Positions 18,858-29,115 are shown, counted from the first letter of the stretch. The stretch is DNA of 64,000 nt from Rickettsiales bacterium (GCA_031266915.1 JAISAB010000001.1:37994-101993); one strand, 5' to 3'. Program-made: numbers and translations. Notes: generated by a model from the letters alone, not told the origin.

Positions 18858-19784
18858 ATGACTTTTCGCAAATTATATTCTTTGGGAATTAAAATCGCTT
18901 TGGGGACGGGGCTTGTCCTGATTCCAGCATGGTTTGTGCGACCTTTGGACACACCGACAGTTTCGACCAACCATGTATTCAAGCCGGCCTATGACGATAT
19001 TGTGTTCAAAACTGATACAAATTACATCACAGATGAAATTTATAACGATTTGGCTGGCAAAATCCGAAATTATGTTGAAAAACCACGAACAAAACGAACA
19101 TTAGCTTGGGGCATTTCATATCCGTACGCGAACAAGATTGTCATCTATTACAATATAACTAACAGCAAATCCCCAGCGGTCCAGCGCTATGTCGACTATT
19201 CGAACAGCCAAATTCGCCTGACAAAACGCCACGAGTTGGAACACGCCAGAAAATCGGCCTTTGTTCACGGCGTAGAGAACAATTTGCCATTCATACGCGG
19301 AAAAATCGCCATGATGAACGAGGTGATGGCGCCTGCCGGCGAGATAATCGAAGCCTTGGATCATCACGCCGAAACAGGCGAAGTTTATCCGAACGCACCG
19401 AACCAGATAAAATCCGCAGACGCCGCAATCATGCGCATTCTGGGACAAGACAAATTAACTGGTCCCGTTGATTTCAACAACCAACAGATTGCGGACATCG
19501 TCATGGAACACGCGCTGGCGAAATTCTTATTCCATTACAACCACGGCATATACCACTGGACAATCAGCAACGCTAAAAAAACCTTTAAATTCAAAAGCCC
19601 GCCAAAAAATTCCGAATATATGAAATACAGCGGCTATTCCTTTTTTCCGTTATTTAACGACTGGCAGGCACTGTGGGTCTTCGAAACCAAACGCGGAATG
19701 GCCGATTTGTGGAAAAATGCGTCAGACGAACAGAAAAAACGTCTTATCGCCACCACAGATTCCATTGTTAAACTAACACGATAA
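18858..19784 (+). CDS. AT-rich hypothetical membrane-anchored protein with HExxH motif (putative Zn metallopeptidase/effector)
   Basis: 308 aa; N-terminal TM LGIKIALGTGLVLIPAWFV; TKRHELEHARK; ~40% GC versus ~60% in flanking genes. Confidence 0.5.
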   Translation: MTFRKLYSLGIKIALGTGLVLIPAWFVRPLDTPTVSTNHVFKPAYDDIVFKTDTNYITDEIYNDLAGKIRNYVEKPRTKRTLAWGISYPYANKIVIYYNITNSKSPAVQRYVDYSNSQIRLTKRHELEHARKSAFVHGVENNLPFIRGKIAMMNEVMAPAGEIIEALDHHAETGEVYPNAPNQIKSADAAIMRILGQDKLTGPVDFNNQQIADIVMEHALAKFLFHYNHGIYHWTISNAKKTFKFKSPPKNSEYMKYSGYSFFPLFNDWQALWVFETKRGMADLWKNASDEQKKRLIATTDSIVKLTR

Positions 19785-19817
19785 TTCAAACAAATAACTT
19801 CTATTTCATATGAAATA

Positions 19818-20435
19818 TCAAGTGTCGTGACGGCAAAGTGGCCGGACGTTTTCAACCTGGATAACAAAGCCGTCGCCTGTCTGGGATGGCGTCAGCACAT
19901 AGTCAAAATCATAGCGTGTTTTCGCGGCCGCAATTTCAGTCTCTATTTCCCGGCCTTTTAATAGAAAAAGCCGGCATTTTGTAATCGCAACGTAATCCAA
20001 AATTTTCAGCAGGGGTGCGAACGCTCTGGCGGTAAAAATCAATTCTTTACCGGCTTTTTCGACGGTTTTTATAAAATCCTCGACCCGGCCGTGATATATT
20101 GTCAAATTCGGCAAATCCAATTTTTCTTTCAACATTTTTAAAAAGTTCGCCTTTTTGCCGACTGATTCGATACAAACCACGTCCCAGCCGCATACGGCCA
20201 GCACAACACCCGGGAATCCCGCCCCGCTGCCTAAATCCGCAATTCGGACGTTTTCCGGCAAAATGCCGGCCAATTGCATAGAATCGGCGAAATGACGCGA
20301 CTGTATGTCGTTCAAGGTGCTTGGGGCGACCAAATTCATCCTTTGCGACCAATCGCGTAGCAGACGTTCGTATTCGATAAATTTTTCTGGCGTATCCATA
20401 GATATTATTGTAGCATACATAGCGCAGATAAGCAA
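19818..20435 (-). CDS. rsmG: 16S rRNA (guanine527-N7)-methyltransferase RsmG (GidB)
   Basis: IADLGSGAGFPGVVLAV SAM motif and RsmG-length product; start may be Met 20399. Confidence 0.85.
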   Translation of the reverse strand: MLICAMYATIISMDTPEKFIEYERLLRDWSQRMNLVAPSTLNDIQSRHFADSMQLAGILPENVRIADLGSGAGFPGVVLAVCGWDVVCIESVGKKANFLKMLKEKLDLPNLTIYHGRVEDFIKTVEKAGKELIFTARAFAPLLKILDYVAITKCRLFLLKGREIETEIAAAKTRYDFDYVLTPSQTGDGFVIQVENVRPLCRHDT

Positions 20436-20450
20436 AAATTTTAAAACCCA

Positions 20451-22082
20451 TTGCGGAAAACCATGAGAAAATTAGAAGCTCTTTTCGTCTATACCATCCT
20501 GTTTGCCGTCATTATCGTGACCGGTGGCGCCGTTTGGCGCTTTGCCCTGCCCCAACCCAGCACAGAACAGGTTTACGAATATCCGGCGGGCAAATTCGGC
20601 GCATTTTTGGCCGGACAGCACGCTATATACGCGAACGATTTCGACCGGGCCGCACAATTCGCCCGGGACTTGGAAGACACGGACCTGCCGATTGTCCTGA
20701 ATACCGCCATTCTGGCCGATTTTCTAAGCGGAAAAATGCCTGCCAAGGCGGATATGCTGAAAGATGAAAAAGGGGCGGCGGCCCGGCTGATTTACGACGC
20801 GTACCTGGTGCGCCGGAATGATTGGAAGGCCGTTTACGACAGGCATAAAAACGACGATTCCGCACTGACCGCGCCGCTGCGCGTCTGGTCGTCGGTCGCC
20901 GTGGACAAATCCGGCGAAGCACTGAAATTCATCGACAGACTGAAAACGAACGATTCATGGAAGGCCTTTGTCCGCGGCCAGATTTATGCCGAAACCGGCC
21001 GGACAGACGCGGCCGCGCGGGAATTCGGCAGGGTATCTGTCGACTTTATGAACATCAACGATTACCTGTATATCCTTTCGTTTTATAAACACCACGGAAT
21101 GGATGGGGCCGCAGACGCGCTGCGGGCGGATTTCACTGGGCGACCGGGGGGCATGTATATGCTGAACGTCCGTGTTCCCGCCGATTGGAAAAATTATGCC
21201 GGGAACGGCAACGCCCTGGCCTTCAGCCTGATTCAAAACGTTTCCCACACCCAGATAATGATGTATTCCGATTTGTCGCTGCTGTTGCTGCGCTTTGCCG
21301 AATTGGCCGGGGATGACGGGGCAGGGGGGGTGGACGCGTTGCATTACTATCTTGGCCAGTATTTTTACAACAACGGCGGCGATTACGAGAAATATTTCCG
21401 CGCCATTGATTCAAACAGTCCTTTTCATTCCTTCGCGATGATGAAAGTGGCCGAGAAAACTGACGACATCGACGCGCTTCGCGCGGCGGCCGCGGCCAAC
21501 CCGCTGTTCGTGCCCGCGGTGAACAAGCTGGTGTCGAAATACGTTCAAACCGGGGACAAGAAAAAGGCCCTGGCGGTTGTCGACCGCGCCCTGAAAAACG
21601 CCAATCTGACCGAAGGCGGCCGGGCGTTCTTTTTCAAGACGCGCGCCAATATCCATCTGACGTTCGATGACTTGGAATCGGCCCAAGCGGACGTTCGCGC
21701 GGCCGCTGACGCCTTGCCGGCCGATGCCGGAATTCTGGCGATTCAGTCAAAAATATGGTCCACTCAGCGGCGCGAGTTGGATACGGCCTATGAATACGCC
21801 ATCGCGCTGGTGCGCCAAAACCCAACGGACATCGAATCCTGGGACGTGCTGGGCATGGCGGTCTGGGCGCGCGAAGGGGCCGCGGCCAGCCTGGAAGTCA
21901 TCGAAAGAGTAGGGCAAATATCTGAAACCTGTTCGGTTTTATTCGAACACCTGGGGGATTTGCACGTGGAAATGGGAAATAAAAAGCTGGCGCGGGACGC
22001 CTATCTGCGGGCCGTAGATTTATCGGCGGACGGCCTGACGGTCTTGCCCGTGCTGGAAAAGAAAATAAAAAACCTGAAGTAA
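20451..22082 (+). CDS. Conserved hypothetical membrane-anchored repeat (TPR-like) protein
   Basis: 543 aa; N-terminal TM; Ala/Leu-rich helical repeats; no specific family recognised. Confidence 0.45.
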   Translation: MRKTMRKLEALFVYTILFAVIIVTGGAVWRFALPQPSTEQVYEYPAGKFGAFLAGQHAIYANDFDRAAQFARDLEDTDLPIVLNTAILADFLSGKMPAKADMLKDEKGAAARLIYDAYLVRRNDWKAVYDRHKNDDSALTAPLRVWSSVAVDKSGEALKFIDRLKTNDSWKAFVRGQIYAETGRTDAAAREFGRVSVDFMNINDYLYILSFYKHHGMDGAADALRADFTGRPGGMYMLNVRVPADWKNYAGNGNALAFSLIQNVSHTQIMMYSDLSLLLLRFAELAGDDGAGGVDALHYYLGQYFYNNGGDYEKYFRAIDSNSPFHSFAMMKVAEKTDDIDALRAAAAANPLFVPAVNKLVSKYVQTGDKKKALAVVDRALKNANLTEGGRAFFFKTRANIHLTFDDLESAQADVRAAADALPADAGILAIQSKIWSTQRRELDTAYEYAIALVRQNPTDIESWDVLGMAVWAREGAAASLEVIERVGQISETCSVLFEHLGDLHVEMGNKKLARDAYLRAVDLSADGLTVLPVLEKKIKNLK

Positions 22083-22117
22083 ACCGATACTTTTTCACAA
22101 GATAAGGAAAACATATC

Positions 22118-22981
22118 ATGCAAATCGGTGTCCTGGGCGCGGGCGCGTGGGGAACAGCTTTATCAATCGTATCCGCCAGAAGCGGAAACGACGTGATTTT
22201 ATGGTCTTACGATGGGCAATACGCACGGTTTGATGGCCCGCGGATGCCGGAAAATATCACGATTACGAACGCTATGGCCGATTTGGCGTCGACCGACGCA
22301 TGGCTGGTGGTAACACCGGCGGCCTTTTTTCGTGAAACGCTGACGGCCGCAAGGCCAATTTACAAGGGCCAGCCCATTATAATCTGCACCAAGGGGATAG
22401 AGATATCCACGCACAAATTCATGTCCGAGATAATGGCCCACGAATTGCCGGAATGCGCGGATTGCGGCGTTTTGTCCGGCCCGCAGTTCGCGGCCGAGGT
22501 CGTGCGCGGCATCCCGACCGGCAGCACGCTGGCCGGCACGGCCGTGGCGATTGCCGCCGGAACGCAGGCGTTGGGGGACCTGCGCCTGGACGCGTCGGAC
22601 GACGTTATCGGCGCCGAGATATGCGGCGTCGGCAAAAATGCCGTGGCGCTGCTTGCCGGATTTTCCAGCGTCGAAATCCAGGGCGAAAACCAAAAGGCGC
22701 TGCTATTCACGCGGGCCTGGGGTGAAGTCGTAACATTCGGTCTGGCCCGCGGCGCGAAAATAGAGACATTTTTGGGACTGTGCGGCCTGGGCGATTTATA
22801 TCTGTCCGCAACCTCGGCGACCAGCCGAAATTATTCCGCGGGCGCCGCCATTGCGAAAGGCGAACCGGTCGTCGGAACGGTCGAGGGAATCGCCGCTTTG
22901 AACGGCTTGGTCCGCCGCGCGGCTGCGCAGAATATCGATTTGCCTATCCTGCGAGGCATGCGCGACAAGACAAATCTGTAA
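22118..22981 (+). CDS. gpsA: NAD(P)H-dependent glycerol-3-phosphate dehydrogenase
   Basis: MQIGVLGAGAWGTALSIVSARSGNDVILWSYD; GLCGLGDLYLSATSATSRNYSAG. Confidence 0.85.
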   Translation: MQIGVLGAGAWGTALSIVSARSGNDVILWSYDGQYARFDGPRMPENITITNAMADLASTDAWLVVTPAAFFRETLTAARPIYKGQPIIICTKGIEISTHKFMSEIMAHELPECADCGVLSGPQFAAEVVRGIPTGSTLAGTAVAIAAGTQALGDLRLDASDDVIGAEICGVGKNAVALLAGFSSVEIQGENQKALLFTRAWGEVVTFGLARGAKIETFLGLCGLGDLYLSATSATSRNYSAGAAIAKGEPVVGTVEGIAALNGLVRRAAAQNIDLPILRGMRDKTNL

Positions 22982-23004
22982 ATAAAATCAAACAAAAAAA
23001 CACC

Positions 23005-23031
23005 TATGCGCTGCCAGCGCATTTTTTTATC
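23005..23031 (+). terminator. Rho-independent terminator after gpsA
   Basis: atgcgctgccagcgcat hairpin followed by ttttttt. Confidence 0.55.
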
Positions 23032-24251
23032 ACAAAAAAAGTTGCAAAAAAGCCGGGAAGTTAAGCAGCAAAAATTTAACAAAAACAGTAAAATACCGGC
23101 CGTTTCGTATGAAATTGAATAAAAAACACATTGTTAAACATGCTTTTGGGCACATATCGTCGATATTTATGCAAAAAAGCCGGTAAAAACCGTTAAAATC
23201 ACCGGGAAAAGGCCGCAAACTCAGGCGGGCAGGGCGCAAACAATGGAAAAACATTATCCAAATAGGAAAAATACCGGCCTTTTTGATAGTTTTTTAAATT
23301 TCAAACGCCAAATTAAAATGCCGCGGGCCACACGGCGCACGGTGCAAAATGACGGTCAGCGTCGCTGGAAAAATGGAATTTTTGACATCAATGGGTCGCG
23401 TTTTGAAAAAAGCCCGTCCGATAGATTTATCCGGCGCAATTTTGACGAATCGATTTTTTACGTCGAATTATTTGTCGGATTTCACCTCGATTCCTTTTTC
23501 AGCCAATCGAATTCTTGAAAAACGAATCTATTTTCGGACATCCGCGGCATCGGATTTTGCAACTAAAAACGCCGAATTATTTTCATGGCCAAGACATATT
23601 TTTTACACAAAATGTCCGACGAAAATCAGGCATCCGCGACACCGAATTCGGCGAACAAAAAAGTCAAATTATTTTATGACCAAGGCACCGTTTTTCACGT
23701 TGAACATCATGTGCGAAATCGCCCCGATATTTTATATCGCCATGACGTCGAATCATGACGCGACGACGCGCCTTGACGCGGTCAAAACAGGCCATGCGGC
23801 AACCATAAAACCGCATGCCGCTTCGCACCTTGTTTTTCAAGGTCAAAAAATAGCGATTTTCAAACTGGACATGAATTCAAAAAAATGCTTTTTTGTCAAT
23901 TTTAAGCCTCAAACTGGTATTATCGGTTGCAAAAACAACCGGATTTTCGGTCTTGTCAGATTATATTCGTGAAAATACGCGTTTTTTATACAGGAACATA
24001 TTGCCGTATATTTTTGTCGTTTATTTTTAATAAAACCTATTGTTTTTCACATAAATCGATTCAAAAAACACGCCTGTTTATTCAACGCGTGCAACAGAAA
24101 AACACGTGGTCGAAACAGTCGGACCAGATTTGAAAAACCATATCGGAATTTTGACGTCGTATGAGTAAACCGGCGGCAAATTTCTTATCGATGATTTCGT
24201 GCGCCGCTTTGTCTTGTTTTAGAAAAATTTCTGAGGTAACATCATACCTGA

Positions 24252-24370
24252 TATAGTCTATAGTCAGTAGTCATTAGTGAATGTGTCGCGCAACCTGTCC
24301 ACCGAAGCCTTGGCGAAGGTGGAAGCGCGACGACTTTATTGACTATTGACTATATGATTATTGACTTTTC
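24252..24370. repeat. Family A element with central GC hairpin (gtgtcgcgcaacc...ccaccgaagccttggcgaaggtgg...gcgcgac)
   Basis: atagtctatagtcagtagtcattagtgaat ... attgactattgactatatgat. Confidence 0.6.
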
Positions 24371-24410
24371 ATTTGCAATTAAAATTCGGTTTGTTATAAT
24401 CCGCCGGTCC

Positions 24411-24487
24411 GGGTGTGTAGCTCAGTTGGCTAGAGCGTTACGTTGACATCGTAGAGGTCGTTGGTTCGAGCCCAATCACACCCACCA
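24411..24487 (+). tRNA. tRNA-Val (GAC)
   Basis: GGGTGTGTAGCTCAGTTGGCTAGAGCGTTACGTTGACATCGTAGAGGTCGTTGGTTCGAGCCCAATCACACCCACCA; anticodon loop TTGACAT. Confidence 0.8.
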
Positions 24488-24510
24488 ATTTGCAATCCGG
24501 CTTTGGCTTC

Positions 24511-24586
24511 GGATGGTTAGCTCAGCTGGTAGAGCACATCGTTCACATCGATGGGGTCGTTGGTTCGAGTCCAATACCATCCACCA
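24511..24586 (+). tRNA. tRNA-Val (CAC)
   Basis: GGATGGTTAGCTCAGCTGGTAGAGCACATCGTTCACATCGATGGGGTCGTTGGTTCGAGTCCAATACCATCCACCA; anticodon loop TTCACAT. Confidence 0.75.
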
Positions 24587-24894
24587 CCCTTCGCGTCTGC
24601 GACGCTTCGGGTGGCTGCGCTACGGGCGAGATTTAAGAATTTTGAGTACCACGACGTAGTCCGCCAAAGGCGCGACAAAGACGGGTTGATTCAAAATATG
24701 AGTGCCCGCCATATCCCGCAGGGCAAAGTGCGGCTGCTCGGGCGGGACAAAGACAGACGCGGAATATTAAATCATGACTTGTGATTATGGATTCTTTGCG
24801 GTTTTTATGATGCGCGCCGGCGCATAAGTTCTTCTATTTTTCCTTTACACTTTGATTTCTCCGTTTTAAACTCTTGAACATAAAGAGGCTTTTC

Positions 24895-26934
24895 ATGACC
24901 AAGAAAAAATACCTGATAACCAGCGCATTGCCCTATGTGAACAATATTCCGCATATCGGAAACTTTGTCGGCAGCGTTCTGCCGTCCGACGTGTACGCCA
25001 GATTCTGCCGCGCACGCTTTGGTTCGGAAAATGTTTTGTTTGTCTGTGGCGCGGACGCGCACGGCAGCCCGATTGTCATCCAGGCGAAGAAAGAGGGCGT
25101 CAGCCCCGCCGAACTGGTTGCGAAATACCACGCTTTGCACGCGAAAATTTTTCAGGATTTCGATATTTCCTTTGACGGCGGATACGGAACAACCCATACG
25201 GAACTGCAGGTAAATCTGGTTCACGATTTGTTCAGCGCTTTGGATAAAAACGGATTTATAGAGGAAAAGACGACAATCCAACCGTTTTCGGTCGACGACA
25301 ACATATTTTTGGCGGACAGGCAGATAGAGGGAACATGCCCGAAATGCGGTTACAACAAGGCGCGCGGCGACCAATGCGACAAGTGCGGCGAATTGCTGGA
25401 CCCGGCGGACCTGATAAACCCCTATGCTGCGGACAGCGGCAGCAGAAATATTGAAATGCGGGAAACAAAAAATCTTTTCTATCGCGCCGACAAGGTCAAG
25501 GATTCGGTTTCCGCCTGGGTTTTCAAGACCGCCGAGAAAAACAAGTGGTCGCGCTCGGCATTCGCGGCGACGAAAAAATATCTGTCCGAAGACGTTCCGA
25601 ATCCGTCGGTCTCGCGCGATTTGCCATGGGGCATTCCAGTAAACAAGCCGGGCTATGAAGACAAGGTTTTTTATGTCTGGTTCGACGCGCCGTGGGGCTA
25701 TGTTTCGATTTCCCAGGCGGCAAAACCCGGTCGCGCCGCAGCAAACGGCGAAGGCGGATGGGCCGATTGGTGGCACGGCGGCGAAAACTGCCACTATGCG
25801 CAATTCATGGGCAAGGATAACATAAAATTCCATTCGCTGTTCTTTCCGGGCCAGGAAATCGCCTGGGCGGACGGGAATTGGAAAAAGGTCGATTTGCTCA
25901 AAGGCATGAACTTTTTGAATTTCGAGGGCAATAAAATATCCAAAAGCATGGGGAACGGCATCGATTTGTCTCAGGCACTGACGGCTGCGCCGGCCGATTG
26001 CTGGCGCTATGCGCTGATTGCCAGCGCGCCGGAAACCGACGATACCGACTTTACCGTCCGCCGGTTCGCAGACATCGTGAACAAGGATTTGAACGGCATG
26101 CTGGGCAACTTCGTGTCTCGCGTGGCCAAGCTGACCGAAAAGAATTTCGGGCTGACAGTACCCACATTCCAAAAAGGATTCGAAACTCCAATTGAAACAA
26201 TGAACGCACATTTGGCCGATTTGAGCGCCGCGCTGGAGGCCTGCGAATTTCGAAAATCAATCGAGGCGCTGCGTTCCATGTGGGCTGTCGCGAACGAGTA
26301 TATGACATCAAAGGCGCCGTGGACGCTGGTTAAAAACGGCGAAATGATTGCAGCCGGCGCAGTCTTGAACGAATGCTTTCAGATGATAGATTTCTTCGCG
26401 CGCGTGTCCGCGCCGTTTATTCCGGGTGCCGCGGAAAAAATTCAGAATATTTTCCCCGCCAGACACGACCTTTCTTGGCCAACCGAATATGAATGGCGTA
26501 TTCAGGACGGTGAAGAATTTACTGTGCCGGAAAATCTGTTCGAGCGAATCGACGACGCGCGCGTGGCGCAGCTGACCGAAAAATATTCGTCCAAGCCGAC
26601 CGACGCGCTGAAAATCGTCATCGCCAAAATCCTGACCGCAACACCGCACCCGACGCGCGAAGGCCTGTCCGTACTTTCGGTTGACGCAGGCGATGCGGCG
26701 CCTTTGCAAATCGTATGCGGCGCGCCGAACGTCCGCGCCGGTTTTATCGGCGTTCTGGCGCACGTCGGCGCCACACTGCCGGGACAAAAGAAACCGCTGG
26801 CCAAGCGCGCGGTGGCCGGCGTCGAATCGCATGGCATGATGTGCAGCGCGGCGGAACTGGGCGTCGGCGCGGACGACGACAATATTTTGGAACTGGGCGC
26901 AGATTCCAAAATCGGCGAAGAATTCAAGAAATAA
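24895..26934 (+). CDS. metG: Methionyl-tRNA synthetase with C-terminal tRNA-binding (EMAP/Trbp111-like) domain
   Basis: Start Met 24895 (AAAGAGG RBS); LITSALPYVNNIPHIGN HIGH motif; KISKSMGN KMSKS motif; zinc knuckle CPKCG...CDKCG. Confidence 0.9.
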   Translation: MTKKKYLITSALPYVNNIPHIGNFVGSVLPSDVYARFCRARFGSENVLFVCGADAHGSPIVIQAKKEGVSPAELVAKYHALHAKIFQDFDISFDGGYGTTHTELQVNLVHDLFSALDKNGFIEEKTTIQPFSVDDNIFLADRQIEGTCPKCGYNKARGDQCDKCGELLDPADLINPYAADSGSRNIEMRETKNLFYRADKVKDSVSAWVFKTAEKNKWSRSAFAATKKYLSEDVPNPSVSRDLPWGIPVNKPGYEDKVFYVWFDAPWGYVSISQAAKPGRAAANGEGGWADWWHGGENCHYAQFMGKDNIKFHSLFFPGQEIAWADGNWKKVDLLKGMNFLNFEGNKISKSMGNGIDLSQALTAAPADCWRYALIASAPETDDTDFTVRRFADIVNKDLNGMLGNFVSRVAKLTEKNFGLTVPTFQKGFETPIETMNAHLADLSAALEACEFRKSIEALRSMWAVANEYMTSKAPWTLVKNGEMIAAGAVLNECFQMIDFFARVSAPFIPGAAEKIQNIFPARHDLSWPTEYEWRIQDGEEFTVPENLFERIDDARVAQLTEKYSSKPTDALKIVIAKILTATPHPTREGLSVLSVDAGDAAPLQIVCGAPNVRAGFIGVLAHVGATLPGQKKPLAKRAVAGVESHGMMCSAAELGVGADDDNILELGADSKIGEEFKK

Positions 26935-26970
26935 CCGGGAAGAGGAGAGATAAAAACAAAGGATTATAAT

Positions 26971-27291
26971 ATGTATATGACATCAAAAGAACTTCCAGCA
27001 ATGCATAAACTTGCCATACGTGGTTCAGGCAGTTTAGGCGGCAATATGGTGCAGTTTTTCTGCGGGGACCATTGCAAAAACTATCATAACGGAATATGCG
27101 AAAAATATTGCGAGTTTAGTGAAGTCTTTCTTAAGAGGGTGTACATTTCCGATACCCCGTTTGTCATTACCGGCTATTCACCGAATGTTTTTCTGACCAC
27201 CAGCAATGAATCTGATAGAACGAAAATTTTAAATATGTTTAACCAGACAATGGCACAATTCGCAAAGCAAAACGATGGACGCAATGCATGA
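26971..27291 (+). CDS. Hypothetical AT-rich Cys/His-rich small protein
   Basis: ORF only; FFCGDHCKNYHNGICEKYCEF; ~38% GC; overlaps the queH start. Confidence 0.3.
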   Translation: MYMTSKELPAMHKLAIRGSGSLGGNMVQFFCGDHCKNYHNGICEKYCEFSEVFLKRVYISDTPFVITGYSPNVFLTTSNESDRTKILNMFNQTMAQFAKQNDGRNA

Positions 27292-28000
27292 AAAAATCCG
27301 CCTTGTTTTGTTGTCGTGCTGCGCGCCGTGTTCCTGCGGCGCTATAAAAGAGTTAGTAGAGTGTAGAGCGCAGAGCGAAGGTTTCGCCGCTTCGCGGCAG
27401 AGTGAATGTCGCAGGTCGCAGGTAGAAGGTGTTGATAATGACGAACCACCTACGCTCTGCGACCTGCGATCTACGCTCTTCGACTTTATCGTCTTGTTCT
27501 ATAACCCTAATATTTATCCCGATACCGAATACCAGAAACGGTTGGCGGAACAAATCAGATACTGCGAATCATTGGATGTGAAATATGCCGTCGGCGATTA
27601 TGACCACGCCGCGTGGCTGAATTCCGTGCGCGGCCTAGAATCAGAGCCTGAGCGTGGCAAGCGCTGCACGCAGTGTTTCCGCCACAGATTTCGTTTCGCA
27701 AAACAGTGGGCGATGGAAAACGGATACAACGCTATCGCGTCCGTTCTGGGCGTGTCACGTCACAAAGACCAGGCACAGGTCGACAGCGCGGCGCGGGAAG
27801 AAATAGGGAACGGGGAACCCGCCTTCGCCATCCACCTTCGCCGAGGCTACGGGGGACAAGAGGCTACGGCGGGCAGGCAGGAACAAGGAATAATTTATCT
27901 GCCTATCAAATTGGATGAAAGTCTGCGCCAGGAAATTAGCAAAAAGGCCGGCTTTTACCGCCAGAATTACTGCGGCTGCGAGTTTTCAATGCGAAAATAA
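27275..28000 (+). CDS. queH: Epoxyqueuosine reductase QueH (DUF208) with two in-frame repeat insertions
   Basis: LLSCCAPCS, LFYNPNIYPDTEY, RCTQCFRHRF, YRQNYCGCEFS hallmarks of QueH; insertions at 27350-27485 (family D) and 27805-27895 (family E). Confidence 0.7.
   Translation: MDAMHEKIRLVLLSCCAPCSCGAIKELVECRAQSEGFAASRQSECRRSQVEGVDNDEPPTLCDLRSTLFDFIVLFYNPNIYPDTEYQKRLAEQIRYCESLDVKYAVGDYDHAAWLNSVRGLESEPERGKRCTQCFRHRFRFAKQWAMENGYNAIASVLGVSRHKDQAQVDSAAREEIGNGEPAFAIHLRRGYGGQEATAGRQEQGIIYLPIKLDESLRQEISKKAGFYRQNYCGCEFSMRK
27350..27485. repeat. Family D palindromic element inside queH
   Basis: agagcgcagagcgaaggtttcgccgcttcgcggcagag...ggtagaaggtgttgataatgacgaaccacctacgctctgcg; co-linear with the truB copy. 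Confidence 0.75.
27805..27895. repeat. Family E element (ccttcgccgaggctacggcgggcaggcaggaacaaggaa) inside queH
   Basis: Reverse complement of 40094-40186; shares the ggaacaaggaacagg core with mutS 2213-2283. Confidence 0.65.
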
Positions 28001-28017
28001 GCCTTTTGATTATATAT

Positions 28018-28085
28018 CAATTAAGAATTAAAAGTAAATGGGCCGCGCAGCGGCAAGCCGCAATTCATAATTCTTAATTTTTAAT
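28018..28085. repeat. Family B aattaagaattaa element
   Basis: caattaagaattaaaagtaaatgggccgcgcagcggcaagccgcaattcataattcttaattttta. Confidence 0.55.
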
Positions 28086-28152
28086 ACATTGGATTCCCGC
28101 CACCAGGCCCCGCGAAAAACGACTGTTTTTCGTGGGTGGTCCAAGCGGGAAT
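28086..28152. repeat. Family H 68-bp hairpin element (reverse orientation)
   Basis: Reverse complement is ~identical to 14693-14765. Confidence 0.7.
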
Positions 28153-28214
28153 TATATTTGCGAATTGAAAAACATCAGGCTATAATAACCCCGACATCAT
28201 CAGGAGTACAAATT

Positions 28215-29114
28215 ATGTCGTCTATTTTTATCTTCCCCGGCCAAGGCAGCCAATCCGTCGGCATGGGCAAGGATTTGTATGACAGCAACGCGGCCGCGCG
28301 CGCCGTGTTCGACGAAGTCGACGACGCGCTGGACCAGAAACTATCCGATATTATTTTTGGCGGCCCGTCCGACGAACTGACGCTGACCGCGAACGTCCAG
28401 CCCGCGATTATGGCCGTATCGATGGCGATGCTGCGCGCGGCCGGCCCGGAAATGACGACGTACGTCGCGGGCCACAGCCTGGGCGAATACACAGCGCTGT
28501 GTGCGGCGGGCGCATTGACGCTGGCGGATACGGCCCGACTGCTGCGGCTGCGCGGCGACGCGATGCAGCGCGCCGTGCCCGTCGGCCAGGGCGCTATGGC
28601 GGTCGTATTGGGACTGGATATTGAAACATTGACCGATGTATGCCACCGGGCCGAGGCCAAGGTCGGCGGGGACATGGTCTGCGACATCGCGAACGACAAT
28701 GCGCCGGGTCAGGTCGTCATATCCGGCTCTCGACCCGCGATTGAGGCCGCAATGGAACTGGCCAAAGAGATTGGCGCCAAGCGCGCGATGTTGTTGCCAT
28801 TGTCGGTGCCGCCGCATTCGCGCCTGATGGCGCCCGTCGCCGAAGAGATGCTGGGCGCCCTGGACGAGATTCATATCGAAACCCCAACCGTTCCACTGAT
28901 TTCGAACAAGACCTGCGCGCCGATGTCCGACGTCGCCGACACCAAAGAGGCGCTGGTTTATCAAATCACGCACGGCGTGCGCTGGCGCGAGACGATTCTG
29001 GCCCTGCCGGCGCTGGGCGTTACCGAGACAATCGAGGTCGGACCGGGCAGCGTTCTGACCGGCTTGACAACGCGCATCAACCCAAATTTAACCGCAAAAA
29101 AACTGGAAGTATAA
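28215..29114 (+). CDS. fabD: Malonyl-CoA:ACP transacylase
   Basis: Start Met 28215 (AGGAG RBS); FIFPGQGSQSVGMGKDLY and GHSLGEYTALCAAG active-site motif; the upstream ORF-track extension covers repeats. Confidence 0.85.
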   Translation: MSSIFIFPGQGSQSVGMGKDLYDSNAAARAVFDEVDDALDQKLSDIIFGGPSDELTLTANVQPAIMAVSMAMLRAAGPEMTTYVAGHSLGEYTALCAAGALTLADTARLLRLRGDAMQRAVPVGQGAMAVVLGLDIETLTDVCHRAEAKVGGDMVCDIANDNAPGQVVISGSRPAIEAAMELAKEIGAKRAMLLPLSVPPHSRLMAPVAEEMLGALDEIHIETPTVPLISNKTCAPMSDVADTKEALVYQITHGVRWRETILALPALGVTETIEVGPGSVLTGLTTRINPNLTAKKLEV

Positions 29115-29115
29115 A

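Noticed and set aside
16400-22100. oriC / DnaA-box cluster near the parAB-rsmG-mnmG neighbourhood
   Set aside because: No TTATCCACA-like boxes were found on either strand. No AT-rich DUE is evident apart from the acquired genes.
24805-26211. 468-aa minus-strand ORF
   Set aside because: It is antisense to metG and has no motifs.
28089-28214. N-terminal extension of fabD in the ORF track
   Set aside because: The extension runs through family B and H repeats. A strong AGGAG RBS and a conserved FabD N-terminus begin at 28215.
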